In this document: one piece after another, positions 20,044-30,616 of the stretch
Layout: each line of letters starts with the position of its first letter
Numbering within the stretch: position 1 is the stretch's first letter
NCBI GenBank assembly: GCA_945903275.1
Contig: CAMDNW010000001.1
Coordinates: 128,303 to 192,302, forward strand
Source of the DNA: Thermoflexus hugenholtzii JAD2
Lineage (GTDB): Bacteria > Chloroflexota > Dehalococcoidia > UBA2979
DNA: 64,000 nt
Reading direction: 5' to 3'
Notes under the pieces: model-generated
The model's input: the letters and a program-made list of their open reading frames with translations, nothing else
Told to the model about the DNA's origin: nothing
Databases searched by the model: none
Position numbers and translations under genes: made by a program

Positions 20044-21240
20044 ATGGACGCTGTACTGTGTGAGACCCGTCCCGAGGAGTACGAGGCATTCCAGCGCGTC
20101 GCCGGGACTGCGTTTTCCTAAGTCCCCACCGCCGAGTCCATGGAACGGCCGCGCCCCTTCTGGGACACCGCCCGGAAGTTCGGTGTCTTCGAGCCTGAAC
20201 GCCCGGGCACGGTCAGTGCGAATCTCGGCATGCACATGACGGTGCCCGGCGGTGCCTCGGTGCCGATGGCCAGCGTCACCGCCGTCGGCGTGATGCCGCC
20301 CCATCGCCGCTAGGGTCTGCTCACCTCGATGATGCCCGCGCGCACGACGAACCGCTCGCTGGCCTCTGGGCTTCGGAAAGCATCATCTAAGGTCGCTTCG
20401 GCTATGGCCTCGCGATCGAACATCAGTGGTGGGAGGTTGAACGCTGCTATGCGGACTTCGCATCCGCACCACCGGCTTCCGGCGCGATACGCATGGTTTC
20501 TGCCGACGAGGCGCGCTCTGGCTGCGACAGGCATGTGCGGCTGCCGTCCCGCTCCGTCCTTGGATGAGCCCGCGTGATGCCGCCTGGTGGAACCGTCGCT
20601 TCGACCAGCGCCGGGACGACGGTCCGGCACGCCGCAGTTCTACGCGCTCCACGCGGAAAATGTTCGCTGCGGCGGCTACGTCATGTACCGCGTGAAGGGC
20701 GAATGGCCGGACGGTATCCCCTCTGGCGAACTGATGGTCGTGGAGTTCATGGCCGCTACCGACGCGGCATACGCCGCGCTCTGGCGTTTTGTCTTCTCGA
20801 TCGACCTCGTCAAGACCGTCCGCGACGCGAACCGCCCCGTCGATGATCCGGTGCAACATATGCTCGCCGACTCCCGCCGCCGCGTCCGTTCCACCCGTGA
20901 TGCCATCTGGCTGCGGCTGGTCGATGCCCCCCGTGCGCTCGATGCCCGCACCTATGCCGACAGCCGTTTGGTCATCGATTTGCGTGACGAGTTCTGACCG
21001 TGGAACGCCGGCCGCTACCTCCTCGAAAGCGACGGCACATCCGCTTCATGCACGCCCACGACCGCAGAGGCCGATCTCGTCCTCCCGGCAGCGAGTCTTG
21101 CGACGGCCTACCTGAGTGGCACGCGATTGAGCGTCCTCACCCGCGCCGGTCGCGCCGAGGAGCGCCGTCCCGGTGTGCTCCGCCTCGCCGATGCGATGTT
21201 CACCGCAGAACGCGTGCCGTGGTTGCCGGAACACTGGTAG
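20044..21240 (+). pseudogene. Eis-family GNAT acetyltransferase pseudogene
   Basis: Fragments MTVPGGASVPMASVTAVGVMPPHRR*GLL, AYAALWRFVFSIDLV, WLRLVD, EF*PWNAGRY; stops at 20119, 20311 and 20995 plus frameshifts. Confidence 0.85.
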
Positions 21241-21297
21241 CCACCATGCGCTGATCGCGGCGTGCCATACTCGATGAGGGCAAGGAGGGAGGCCGGG

Positions 21298-22671
21298 ATG
21301 CAAGCGGTCTGCTATCTGCGCGCGATCCCCACCTTTACCTTCGAGGCGCAGCAGCGCGCCTTCCTCGATGAATGCGCGCGCTCTGGTCTCGAGGTCGGCC
21401 CCACGTTCACCGAGACCGCCGCAGGCCCCGCTGCGCCTGAGTTCCGCCGCATGCTTCGTACGCTGCTCGATCCCGCCGGGTCACGACAGCGCGGCTTCAC
21501 CACGGTCGTCGTCGCTTCGCTCGATGTGCTCGGCGCGACCGCGCGCGAGCAAGCCCGCCGCTACCTCCAACTCGAGACGCTCGGCCTCCCCCTCCGCCTT
21601 GCGGACGGCGGTGACGCCGACGCCGCGCTCCTCGCCGCATGGTCCGAGCGCCCGAGCGGCGAGCGCCGTAGGGATCAGGTGCGCGAGGGGATGCGCGACC
21701 GCGCGCTGCGTGGCGAAGTGCTGGGCCGCGCGCCCTATGGCTACCGGGTCGTCGCCCGCCACCTCCGCATTGAGCCGTTTGAGGCTGCTGTCGTGCGCCA
21801 CATCTTCGACTGGTACACCGACGGCGGTGAAGGCGTACGTCTCATCGCGCGGAGACTGAACGAGGCCGACACACGTACGCGCCGGGGCGGCTCATGGAGC
21901 ATCGCCAGCGTGCGACAGGTGCTGCGCAACCCGGTCTACACAGGGCTCTACCGACGCCTCGGCGTCGTGGTCGCGACCGAGCACGAAGCGATCGTGACGC
22001 GCGACCGCTTCGCTGCCGTGCAGCAGCGCCTTGCCGCCCGCCGCACTTCGTTCGGGCAGCAGCGACGCGGCGAATACCTGCTCGCAGGCATCGCGACCTG
22101 TGGTTACTGCGGCAATAGCCTGATCGGTCTGCGCCGTGCCTCGCGTGCTCGTGCTGAGGTAGGCGCGCCACCCCTCGTGCTGACCTACTACCAGTGCGAA
22201 TCGCGTGCGAACCAGGGTCGCTGCGCCTACCACACCCGTCGCACCGAGGCGCTCGAAGCCATCGTGTGCGACCAACTGCGCGAGTCGCCTGCTGCCGGTG
22301 CAGGGGCCGCTGCCACGCCTATCCACACCACCGCGCTGCTCGACGCCCGTCGTGCCGGCCTGCGCCGCCGCCTCGATGCGCTGCTGGAGCGCCGCGTCAG
22401 TGGTGAGTGGACCGCCGCGCGCCTCCGTCACGAGGCAGGGTCGCTGGCCCTCGAAGATCTCCAGGCTGAGGAGGAGGCCGATTTCACCGCCCGCCGCCGC
22501 GCTGATTCTACGGAGGCATCAGAGCGCGGCGTCACGCTGGCGGAAGCCCGTGCTCGCCTCGTCGCCGAGTGGGAGCAGATACCGTTCGATGAGCGCCGCC
22601 GACTGCTCCGCGAAGTCGTCGCCTCGGTGGTCGTGACCGACGACGGGATACAGGTCACGCTGGTCGGCTGA
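21298..22671 (+). CDS. Large serine recombinase-family protein, degenerate catalytic domain
   Basis: Recombinase domain (GRAPYGY, IARRLN, W...LRNPVYTG, HEAIV), zinc ribbon (CGYCG, YYQC), coiled coil; N-terminus YLRAIP lacks the catalytic Ser. Confidence 0.88.
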   Translation: MQAVCYLRAIPTFTFEAQQRAFLDECARSGLEVGPTFTETAAGPAAPEFRRMLRTLLDPAGSRQRGFTTVVVASLDVLGATAREQARRYLQLETLGLPLRLADGGDADAALLAAWSERPSGERRRDQVREGMRDRALRGEVLGRAPYGYRVVARHLRIEPFEAAVVRHIFDWYTDGGEGVRLIARRLNEADTRTRRGGSWSIASVRQVLRNPVYTGLYRRLGVVVATEHEAIVTRDRFAAVQQRLAARRTSFGQQRRGEYLLAGIATCGYCGNSLIGLRRASRARAEVGAPPLVLTYYQCESRANQGRCAYHTRRTEALEAIVCDQLRESPAAGAGAAATPIHTTALLDARRAGLRRRLDALLERRVSGEWTAARLRHEAGSLALEDLQAEEEADFTARRRADSTEASERGVTLAEARARLVAEWEQIPFDERRRLLREVVASVVVTDDGIQVTLVG

Positions 22672-22719
22672 ATTCGCCGCCGCAATTCGGTACGCTGTGT
22701 GCGTTGCTGGAGGATTGAC

Positions 22720-23568
22720 ATGGACGACCGCACCGCTAAGATCCTCGAAGTTGTGAAGAGCCTGCCTGCGCAGACGCTCACCGCGACCATGCGTAACCCG
22801 CGCAGTTCCGCCGACCGCACCTTCGTTGGCGCAAGCCTGTTCGACTACGCTATCGCCGCTGGCCTGTTCGCCTCGAAGATGGGTGGTGGCAGCCTTGCGA
22901 ACGGCTACTTTATGGCGACCGCTGAGGATGGCGTACGTGCCGCCGTCGCGCTCGCCGAGGTCTGGCCGAACATTACCGGCAAGGATGTGCTGCTCGCCTA
23001 TGAGCAGGATGGCGAAACGATCCGCAACGGCATCCGCCTCGTCATTACCGGCGATGGCCTTGGCGGACGCTCGCTTGGCGGCGTGGTGAATATCGAGGCG
23101 CACAAGGTCGAAACGGTCAAGGCGACCACACCCGGCCGCGTTGAACTGCGCGGGCTGCTCGACCGTCCCGGCGTCATCGATGCCGCGAGCTTCGCCGCAC
23201 AGGAGGCCACCAGCATCACGACGATTGCCGCCACTGGCCACAGCGGCCAGCCGATTGAGCCGAGGCAGTACGCGGGCGTGCGGCTGTGGAGCGTCCTCGA
23301 AGCCGCGGGCATCCAGCTGAATCCCGAGGTGAACGAGGACTTCTTGAACAAGATCGTCATTGCAACCAGCGCTGATGGCCATGCCGTCGTGATCGCCGGG
23401 GGCGAAATCGAGCCACGCTTTATGAACGGCGACGTGATCATCGCCACGCAGCACGACGGCGCTCCCCTCGCTGAGGCTGAAGGCGGTTTGCGGCTGATGG
23501 TGCCGTTCGACCGCAAACCGGGCCGTTGGGCGAAAAATCTCGTCAGCATTGAACTGCGCGAGGGCTGA
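22720..23568 (+). CDS. Protein with two molybdopterin-oxidoreductase-like (sulfite oxidase fold) repeats
   Basis: Duplicated GxxL..ATxxDG..E..V(L/I)xAxxxDG..RL(V/M)..GR pattern; SD GGAGG; upstream of modABC. Confidence 0.7.
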   Translation: MDDRTAKILEVVKSLPAQTLTATMRNPRSSADRTFVGASLFDYAIAAGLFASKMGGGSLANGYFMATAEDGVRAAVALAEVWPNITGKDVLLAYEQDGETIRNGIRLVITGDGLGGRSLGGVVNIEAHKVETVKATTPGRVELRGLLDRPGVIDAASFAAQEATSITTIAATGHSGQPIEPRQYAGVRLWSVLEAAGIQLNPEVNEDFLNKIVIATSADGHAVVIAGGEIEPRFMNGDVIIATQHDGAPLAEAEGGLRLMVPFDRKPGRWAKNLVSIELREG

Positions 23569-23654
23569 CCGGTGCTGGACGCGTCCGGCCCTGTGTACCG
23601 ATCGGGCTTCTATGGTACGTGTCTTCTCGCATCACTCACATATGGGAGGGCGTC

Positions 23655-24506
23655 ATGCGCACTCGTATCTTCTTGGTCGGCACGATTCTTGTCATGGTCG
23701 TGCTCGCCGCCGCGTGCGGCACTCGCGCTGATCGCGCTAAACCCACAGCGGCCACTGCCGTGCCAACCGCTGCCGCCACATCAGCGGCGCTCACCGGCAA
23801 GATCAGCGTGTTTGCGGCCTCGTCGTTATCAGATGTATTCAAGGCTGTGGGTGTGGCCTTCACGAAAGCCAATCCCGGCGTCACCGTCGAATTCAACAAC
23901 CAATCGTCGAGCGCGCTCGCGACGCAGATCGAACAAGCCGCCCCAGCCGATGTGTTCGCTAGCGCCGACAACACGAACATGCAGCGATTGCTGGACAAGG
24001 GTCTAATTGCCGGTGTGCCCGCGAACTTCGTACGTAATCGCCCCATGATCGTGATTCCGGCGGACAACAAGGCGCAGATAACCACGCCAAAGGACCTCTC
24101 TAAGGCGGGCGTGAAACTCGTGCTCGCTGGCCCTGATGTGCCCATCGGCAATTACGCCCGCCAGATCATCGACAAACTCGCCGCGGACCCGGCCTACGGC
24201 GTGGCATACAAAGACGCCACACTCAAGAACCTCGTCTCTAACGAGGCGAACGTGCGCGCCACACTCACCAAGATCGAACTCGGTGAGGCCGATGCGTGCT
24301 TCGTTTACAAGACTGACGTGCTGGTCTCCGGTTCGAAGGTGAAGACCGTCGCGATCCCGGATGCCGCAAACGTGATCGCGACCTACCAGATTGCCGTCGT
24401 GAAGTTCTCGCAGAACGCGAAAGCTGCCGCAGCGTTCATCGCATTCATACGCAGTGCCGAAGGCAGGAAGCTCTTGGCTGATGCAGGCTTCGACCCAGTC
24501 CTGTGA
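23655..24506 (+). CDS. modA: Molybdate ABC transporter substrate-binding lipoprotein
   Basis: Lipobox LAAAC, FAASSL, APADVFASA, VPIGNYA, GEADA..VY.TD. Confidence 0.95.
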   Translation: MRTRIFLVGTILVMVVLAAACGTRADRAKPTAATAVPTAAATSAALTGKISVFAASSLSDVFKAVGVAFTKANPGVTVEFNNQSSSALATQIEQAAPADVFASADNTNMQRLLDKGLIAGVPANFVRNRPMIVIPADNKAQITTPKDLSKAGVKLVLAGPDVPIGNYARQIIDKLAADPAYGVAYKDATLKNLVSNEANVRATLTKIELGEADACFVYKTDVLVSGSKVKTVAIPDAANVIATYQIAVVKFSQNAKAAAAFIAFIRSAEGRKLLADAGFDPVL

Positions 24507-24543
24507 GGTTGCGCATTATCCGCCTCCCGGTCCACCCTGCACC

Positions 24544-25389
24544 ATGGCACAACGCTCCGAGGCGATACCGGCAGTCCGAGGCAGGTCGGAGCTGTCACTG
24601 AACCGCCTCTTCGTCGCCCCGGCCATCCTCTTCGCCGCTTTTGTGGCCGTCCCACTGCTCGCGCTCGCCGCGCGTGCTGCGCAGGAAGGCGACATCTTCG
24701 AGCGACTGACATCGCCATTTGTGCTGCATGCGCTCCGACTCTCGATGCTGACCAGCACGTTGTCGCTCTTGTTAGCGCTGCTTCTCGGCGTGCCCACTGC
24801 CTACCTGCTCGCCCGCAATCGGTTCCCTGGTTACCGCTTCGTCACGTTGCTGGTAGAACTGCCGATGGTGCTGCCGCCGACCGTCGCAGGCGTGGCGCTG
24901 CTGGTCGCGTTCGGGCGGCGGGGTATCTTCGGCGGCTGGCTCTCGGACATCAGCCTCGAACTGCCGTTCACGACTGCAGCGGTGGTGCTGGCGCAATTGT
25001 TCGTGTCCGCACCGTTCCTCGTCCGGTCGTTGCAGGCAGGCTTTGAGTCGGTCGACGTCACCTATGAGCGCGTCTCCGCGACCCTCGGTGCCTCCTCGCT
25101 GCGCACGTTCTGGAGTGTAACTCTGCCGTTGGCGAGGCCGACGCTGATCAGCGGCGCAGTACTCTGCTGGACGCGCGCGCTAAGCGAACTAGGTGCAACG
25201 CTGATCTTTGCAGGCAACTTCGAGATGCGCACGCAGACGATGCCGCTCGCGATCATCACGGCGTTCGAGTCGAGCGCAGGCCTCTCCGGCGCGATCGTGC
25301 TCTCCGTGATTCTACTTGCGGTCGCCTCAGTACTGCTGGTGCTGATGCGCGTCGCCCTGAAGCGCGGCGCACTGCCCGAGGCGGTCTGA
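24544..25389 (+). CDS. modB: Molybdate ABC transporter permease
   Basis: LPMVLPPTVAG, RALSELGAT..FAGN..TQTMPLAI. Confidence 0.94.
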   Translation: MAQRSEAIPAVRGRSELSLNRLFVAPAILFAAFVAVPLLALAARAAQEGDIFERLTSPFVLHALRLSMLTSTLSLLLALLLGVPTAYLLARNRFPGYRFVTLLVELPMVLPPTVAGVALLVAFGRRGIFGGWLSDISLELPFTTAAVVLAQLFVSAPFLVRSLQAGFESVDVTYERVSATLGASSLRTFWSVTLPLARPTLISGAVLCWTRALSELGATLIFAGNFEMRTQTMPLAIITAFESSAGLSGAIVLSVILLAVASVLLVLMRVALKRGALPEAV

Positions 25390-25393
25390 GCGC

Positions 25394-26451
<1,058 letters not shown>

Positions 26452-26455
<4 letters not shown>

Positions 26456-27687
26456 CATCAACCTCAGACCAGCGCCGAGGAACATGGTCGGCTCTGGCGC
26501 ATCCGCAGTACCGGCTGCTCTGGCTCGGTACCATCGCCGCCGTCGTCACCGGCGAACTGCGACTCGTAGTCACGGGTGTCTGGCTCTATCAAGAGACCGG
26601 CTCCGCCGTGCAACTCGGTTTCCTCGGCCTAATCCAATTAGTCGTGCAGATTCCTGCCTTGCTCTTCGGTGGCACTCTTGCCGACCGCCTCGACCGCCGT
26701 CTGCTCACGGCGTGGACGCAGGTCGTGACGCTCGCCGCCATAGCCGCGATGGCCGTGCTCGCGGTTACTGATGTGCTCGTGCCATGGCACGTCTACGCCG
26801 CGACGGCGCTACTCTCCGTGAGCACAGTGTTCGGTAACCCGGCGCGTGCCGCGCTGATGAGCGCCACTGTCCCGTCCGAGCAGATGGTCGATGCCGTCAC
26901 GACCAGCTTCGCGTCGCAACAAATCGCCACTGTCGTCGCGCCTCTCGGCTTCGCCGTCATTGCGAAGACGCTAGACCTCGACGCCGCCTTCGTGATCACG
27001 GCTATCGTCGCTGTACCGGCCGTGATCTTTCCGCTCATGATGAACGTGAGCAATGTACGCATCGAGGCCAACACTGGAGGGACGCTGCTGAGTAGGACGT
27101 GGGAGGGTCTCCAGTTCGTGAAGGTGCACCCGCTGCTGCCGGCGCTCTATCTGATGGACACTGGCGTGACCGTGGTCTCGTTCTATCGCCAGATGTACCC
27201 TGTCTTCGCCGACCATCTTTTCGGCGGCGGTGCTGGCACTGTTGGGCTGCTCACCGCTGCTAACTCCGCGGGCGCCATTGCGGGTTCGTTCGCCGTACTG
27301 ATGCTGCGGAAGGTGAAGCGCACCGGCTACATGGTGCTGATCGCTCACTTCGTCTATGCACTGCTGTTGTTCCCATTCGCACTGATCGGCTGGCTGCCGA
27401 TGGGTATGCTCCTCCTCGCCGGCCTCGGCGGCACCGATGCCGTCACGGTCACCGTCCGCCAGGCCACCGTCCAACTCACCACCCCCGACGAGATGCGAGG
27501 CCGCGCGCTGTCCGTACAGACGCTATCCGCGCAGACCGCCAATAACCTCGGCACGGTTTGGGTCGGTATGTTATCCGCACTCATCGGTGCCTCCAGCACA
27601 CTACTCCTCGGCGGCACGCTCTCGATGCTGTTCACGGCGGTGGTGTGGTTCAAGGTGAAGGCGGTTAAGGAGTACCGGGCTCCGTAA
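26452..27687 (+). CDS. MFS transporter
   Basis: GGTLADRLDRR motif A, about 12 TMs, TPDEMRGR. Confidence 0.92.
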
Positions 27688-28012
27688 GGGCAGTGGGGAG
27701 TTAACCACGGCAGTGAGAACTTGAGTTGGTTCCGCTTTCAGGCCGTCAGAGCGGTTACGCCGACGGATGCTCCCACGGCACCAAAAATTTCGGGAACCGA
27801 TCCAAGCAACACATTTAGCTTTCCCACGAAGCCTCTCTTCTGCAACATCCGCAGTTTTCTTAGCGGACTATTCAATACGGAGCCGAGAAGGGCTGTAATA
27901 AGAGTAACTATCGTCAGCGATACTCCAGCTTTTGCTCCTCACATGGCGGCCTGATGGCAGAGGATTCTTGTCATATCTGAAGTATGTGATGGCTTGCCTA
28001 TACACTGATCCC

Positions 28013-28387
28013 GTCAGAGGGCCGGACGGCCGCCGGTGGGCGCAAGCCCACGGGAGGAAAGTCCGAACTTCACCGGACAGGGTGCCGGCTAACGGCCGGG
28101 CGGCGTGAGCCGACGGACAGTGCAACAGAAACAAACCGCCGGGGTTCGCCTCGGTAAGGGTGAAATGGTGCGGTAAGAGCGCACCGGCGTCCCGGTAACG
28201 GGGCGGCCGTGCAAACCCCACCCGAAGCAAGGCCAAATAGGGGAGCGCTAGGGGTGTCCGGCTCCGCTCCCGGGTAGGTCGCTTGAGGCGGCGGGCAACC
28301 GCCGTCCTAGATGGATGGCCGTCGCTGCCCCCTTCCGCCTTCGGACGGAGCGAGGCGGTACAGAATTCGGCTTATAGGCCCCCTGAC
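28013..28387 (+). ncRNA. rnpB: RNase P RNA (class A)
   Basis: GAGGAAAGTCC, AGTGCAACAGAAA, GGTAAGAGC, CAAACCCC, ACAGAATTCGGCTTA; terminal P1 GTCAG../..CTGAC; -10 TACACT at 28001. Confidence 0.97.
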
Positions 28388-28397
28388 ACTGCACACA

Positions 28398-28429
28398 ACG
28401 AAGCGGCGGCCTCACGGCCGCCGCTTCGT
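28398..28429. terminator. Hairpin between rnpB and the convergent gene
   Basis: 14-bp stem ACGAAGCGGCGGCC/GGCCGCCGCTTCGT. Confidence 0.8.
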
Positions 28430-28451
28430 GCTCATCTCACGTTGCCGAGGC

Positions 28452-28904
28452 TCACGCCGGAGCGGGTGCCGTGATCTCCGACTCGTTGCGCGCATGCACC
28501 ACCTGGCCGCGCTGGATGACGCGGTCGATCTCCACGATCATCCCCACGCCTTTGTAGTCTTTGTCCGCGTTCTGTTCGACTTCAGGCGAACCGTCATAGA
28601 TCGCGCGGCGAGTCGCCTCGTCGCTCACGATGCGGGCGCGGCCCTGGATCTGGAAGGCAAGACGTGTCTCGGTGTTGCGGTAGAACAGCGATACTTTGTT
28701 GTTCTTCGCCATCGCGCTCGCGGTGTGGCCCTCCACGTTGCGGAGCCAGACGCCGAATTCGTCGTCGCCCCGGATGTGGGTCGACCCCCGATAGCTCATG
28801 TACGGCTGCCCGTCCTCCTGGACGGCGGCCATCAGGATCGGCGCGCGATCCGCCATCGCGTTGTTGACCGCGTTCTTCATCTCATCGGGTAGTTTGAGCG
28901 CCAT
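28452..28904 (-). CDS. Pyridoxamine 5'-phosphate oxidase-like (split barrel flavin-binding) protein
   Basis: DGQPYMSYRGS, NNKVSL, FQIQGRARIV; strong SD AAGGAGG. Confidence 0.85.
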   Translation of the reverse strand: MALKLPDEMKNAVNNAMADRAPILMAAVQEDGQPYMSYRGSTHIRGDDEFGVWLRNVEGHTASAMAKNNKVSLFYRNTETRLAFQIQGRARIVSDEATRRAIYDGSPEVEQNADKDYKGVGMIVEIDRVIQRGQVVHARNESEITAPAPA

Positions 28905-28984
28905 CTGATATCCCCTCCTTCGGGGTGGTTGCTGCACAATGCCTCGGCATTCTACTCCGCCTGCGTCGAGGTACCATGCAATCC

Positions 28985-30568
28985 ATGCCACCCGACGCCA
29001 TCTCCCCAACCCCGCCCGCATCGACTCCTGCGCCCCGAGGCGACTGGCGCGAGGGCCTGCCGCCCGGCTTCACCGCCTCCGTCGAGGTCGCCGCGCTGCC
29101 CGCCGCCCGTGCCATTCAGTTCGATTCCCGTGCCGTGGAGGCTGGCGATGTGTTCGTCTGCATTCCCGGCGAGCGCGCTGACGGTCATGCCTTCGCGCCG
29201 CAGGCCGTCGCTGCTGGGGCCGTCGTCCTCGTCGTGCAGCAGGGGGTCGCGCCCGACATCGAGGCGCTAGGCGTGCCGGTCGTGCGCGTCCCCGACACCC
29301 GCCGCGCGCTCTCCTCGCTCGCCGCGGCTCACGAGGGCTTTCCGGCGCGGCGGCTCTCGGTGATCGGCGTGACCGGCACCGACGGCAAGTCGACCACCTC
29401 GTTCCTCACATTGGCGGCGCTCGCTGGCTGCGGCGTGAAGGCGGGACTGCTGACGACCATCGAATGCCACATCGGAGACCGCGTGATTCCCAACCCGACG
29501 CGGCTCACGACGCAAGAGGCGCCCTTCATTCAATCGCTGCTTGCCGAGATGGTCGAGGCCGGCTGCACCCACGCGGTCATCGAGGCGACCTCGCACGGCC
29601 TCGCTCTCCACCGCCTCGACGACATCGACCTCGATGTCGCCGTCTTCACCAACCTCAGCGAAGATCACCTCGACTTCCACGGTTCGATGCAGGCGTACCG
29701 CGCGGCCAAAGCGCGGCTCTTCCAGATGCTCGACGCGCCCACCACGAAAAAGATGAAGCGCCACGCGATCCTCAACGCAGATGACCGCGCATGGCAGGCA
29801 TTCGCCAGCGCGACGAAAGCCGATGTCATCACCTACGGCGTCGACAACCCTCGCGCCGACGTGTGCGTACAGGACGTGATGCTCTGGCCCGATGGCGCGA
29901 CCTTCGTTCTCGCGAGCGGCGAGGGTGGCGAAGACGAGATCGAGGCGAGCATCCAGATGCCCGGTGCGTTCAACGTCGCCAACGCCACCGCGGCGATCAC
30001 CGCCGTGGGCGCGCTCGGCCTCGATGTGTTCGCCGCGGCCTCGGGCGTCGCCGACTGCAAGGGCGTGCCCGGCCGCATGGAGCGCATTGAGGGCGCGCCG
30101 TTCGAGGTGATCGTCGACTACGCGCACACGCCGGCGGCACTGGAGCAGGTGCTCACGATGCTCCGCCCGGTCGTCGAGGGCCGCCTGATTCTCGTCTTCG
30201 GCTGCGCCGGCGAACGCGCCCGCGACCGCCGCACCGGCCTCGGCAGCGTGGCCGCGCGGCTGACCGACTTCACCGTGCTCACCGACGAAGACCCGCGCTC
30301 GGAACCGCCCGACGCGATTATCGCCGAGATCGCCAATGCAATGCTCGCCGCTGGCGCCGAGGAGGACTACCACTTCGCGCGCGTGCGGCCTCGGCGGCAG
30401 GCGATACAGCGCGCTATCGAGCACGCCGAGCCGGGCGACATGGTGCTCATCGCCGGCAAGGGCCACGAGTCCACCATCGAGTGGGCCGACCACGCCGAGC
30501 CGTGGGACGACCGTGCTGCCGCACGGGAGGCAATCGCGCTACGCTACGGCTCCCCAGCCGAGAACTAG
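28985..30568 (+). CDS. murE: UDP-N-acetylmuramyl-tripeptide synthetase
   Basis: DSRAV, GVTGTDGKSTT, EATSHGL, DHLDFH, GRME, DYAHTP, DEDPR, AGKGHE; TACCAT 7 nt before ATG. Confidence 0.92.
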   Translation: MPPDAISPTPPASTPAPRGDWREGLPPGFTASVEVAALPAARAIQFDSRAVEAGDVFVCIPGERADGHAFAPQAVAAGAVVLVVQQGVAPDIEALGVPVVRVPDTRRALSSLAAAHEGFPARRLSVIGVTGTDGKSTTSFLTLAALAGCGVKAGLLTTIECHIGDRVIPNPTRLTTQEAPFIQSLLAEMVEAGCTHAVIEATSHGLALHRLDDIDLDVAVFTNLSEDHLDFHGSMQAYRAAKARLFQMLDAPTTKKMKRHAILNADDRAWQAFASATKADVITYGVDNPRADVCVQDVMLWPDGATFVLASGEGGEDEIEASIQMPGAFNVANATAAITAVGALGLDVFAAASGVADCKGVPGRMERIEGAPFEVIVDYAHTPAALEQVLTMLRPVVEGRLILVFGCAGERARDRRTGLGSVAARLTDFTVLTDEDPRSEPPDAIIAEIANAMLAAGAEEDYHFARVRPRRQAIQRAIEHAEPGDMVLIAGKGHESTIEWADHAEPWDDRAAAREAIALRYGSPAEN

Positions 30569-30616
30569 ACGGATGACGCGCAAACAGGACGACCCCGGCC
30601 GGGGGCAAGGGTGCAC

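Noticed and set aside
20995..20997. TGA at a Cys-like position (EF*PWN) suggesting selenocysteine or recoding
   Set aside because: The same gene has TAA and TAG stops and frameshifts; simple decay explains it
23595..23619. GTACC...GGTAC as a molybdate regulator operator upstream of modA
   Set aside because: Only 5-bp arms; not distinguishable from chance
27868..28474. ORFs overlapping rnpB
   Set aside because: Region is explained by RNase P RNA consensus elements
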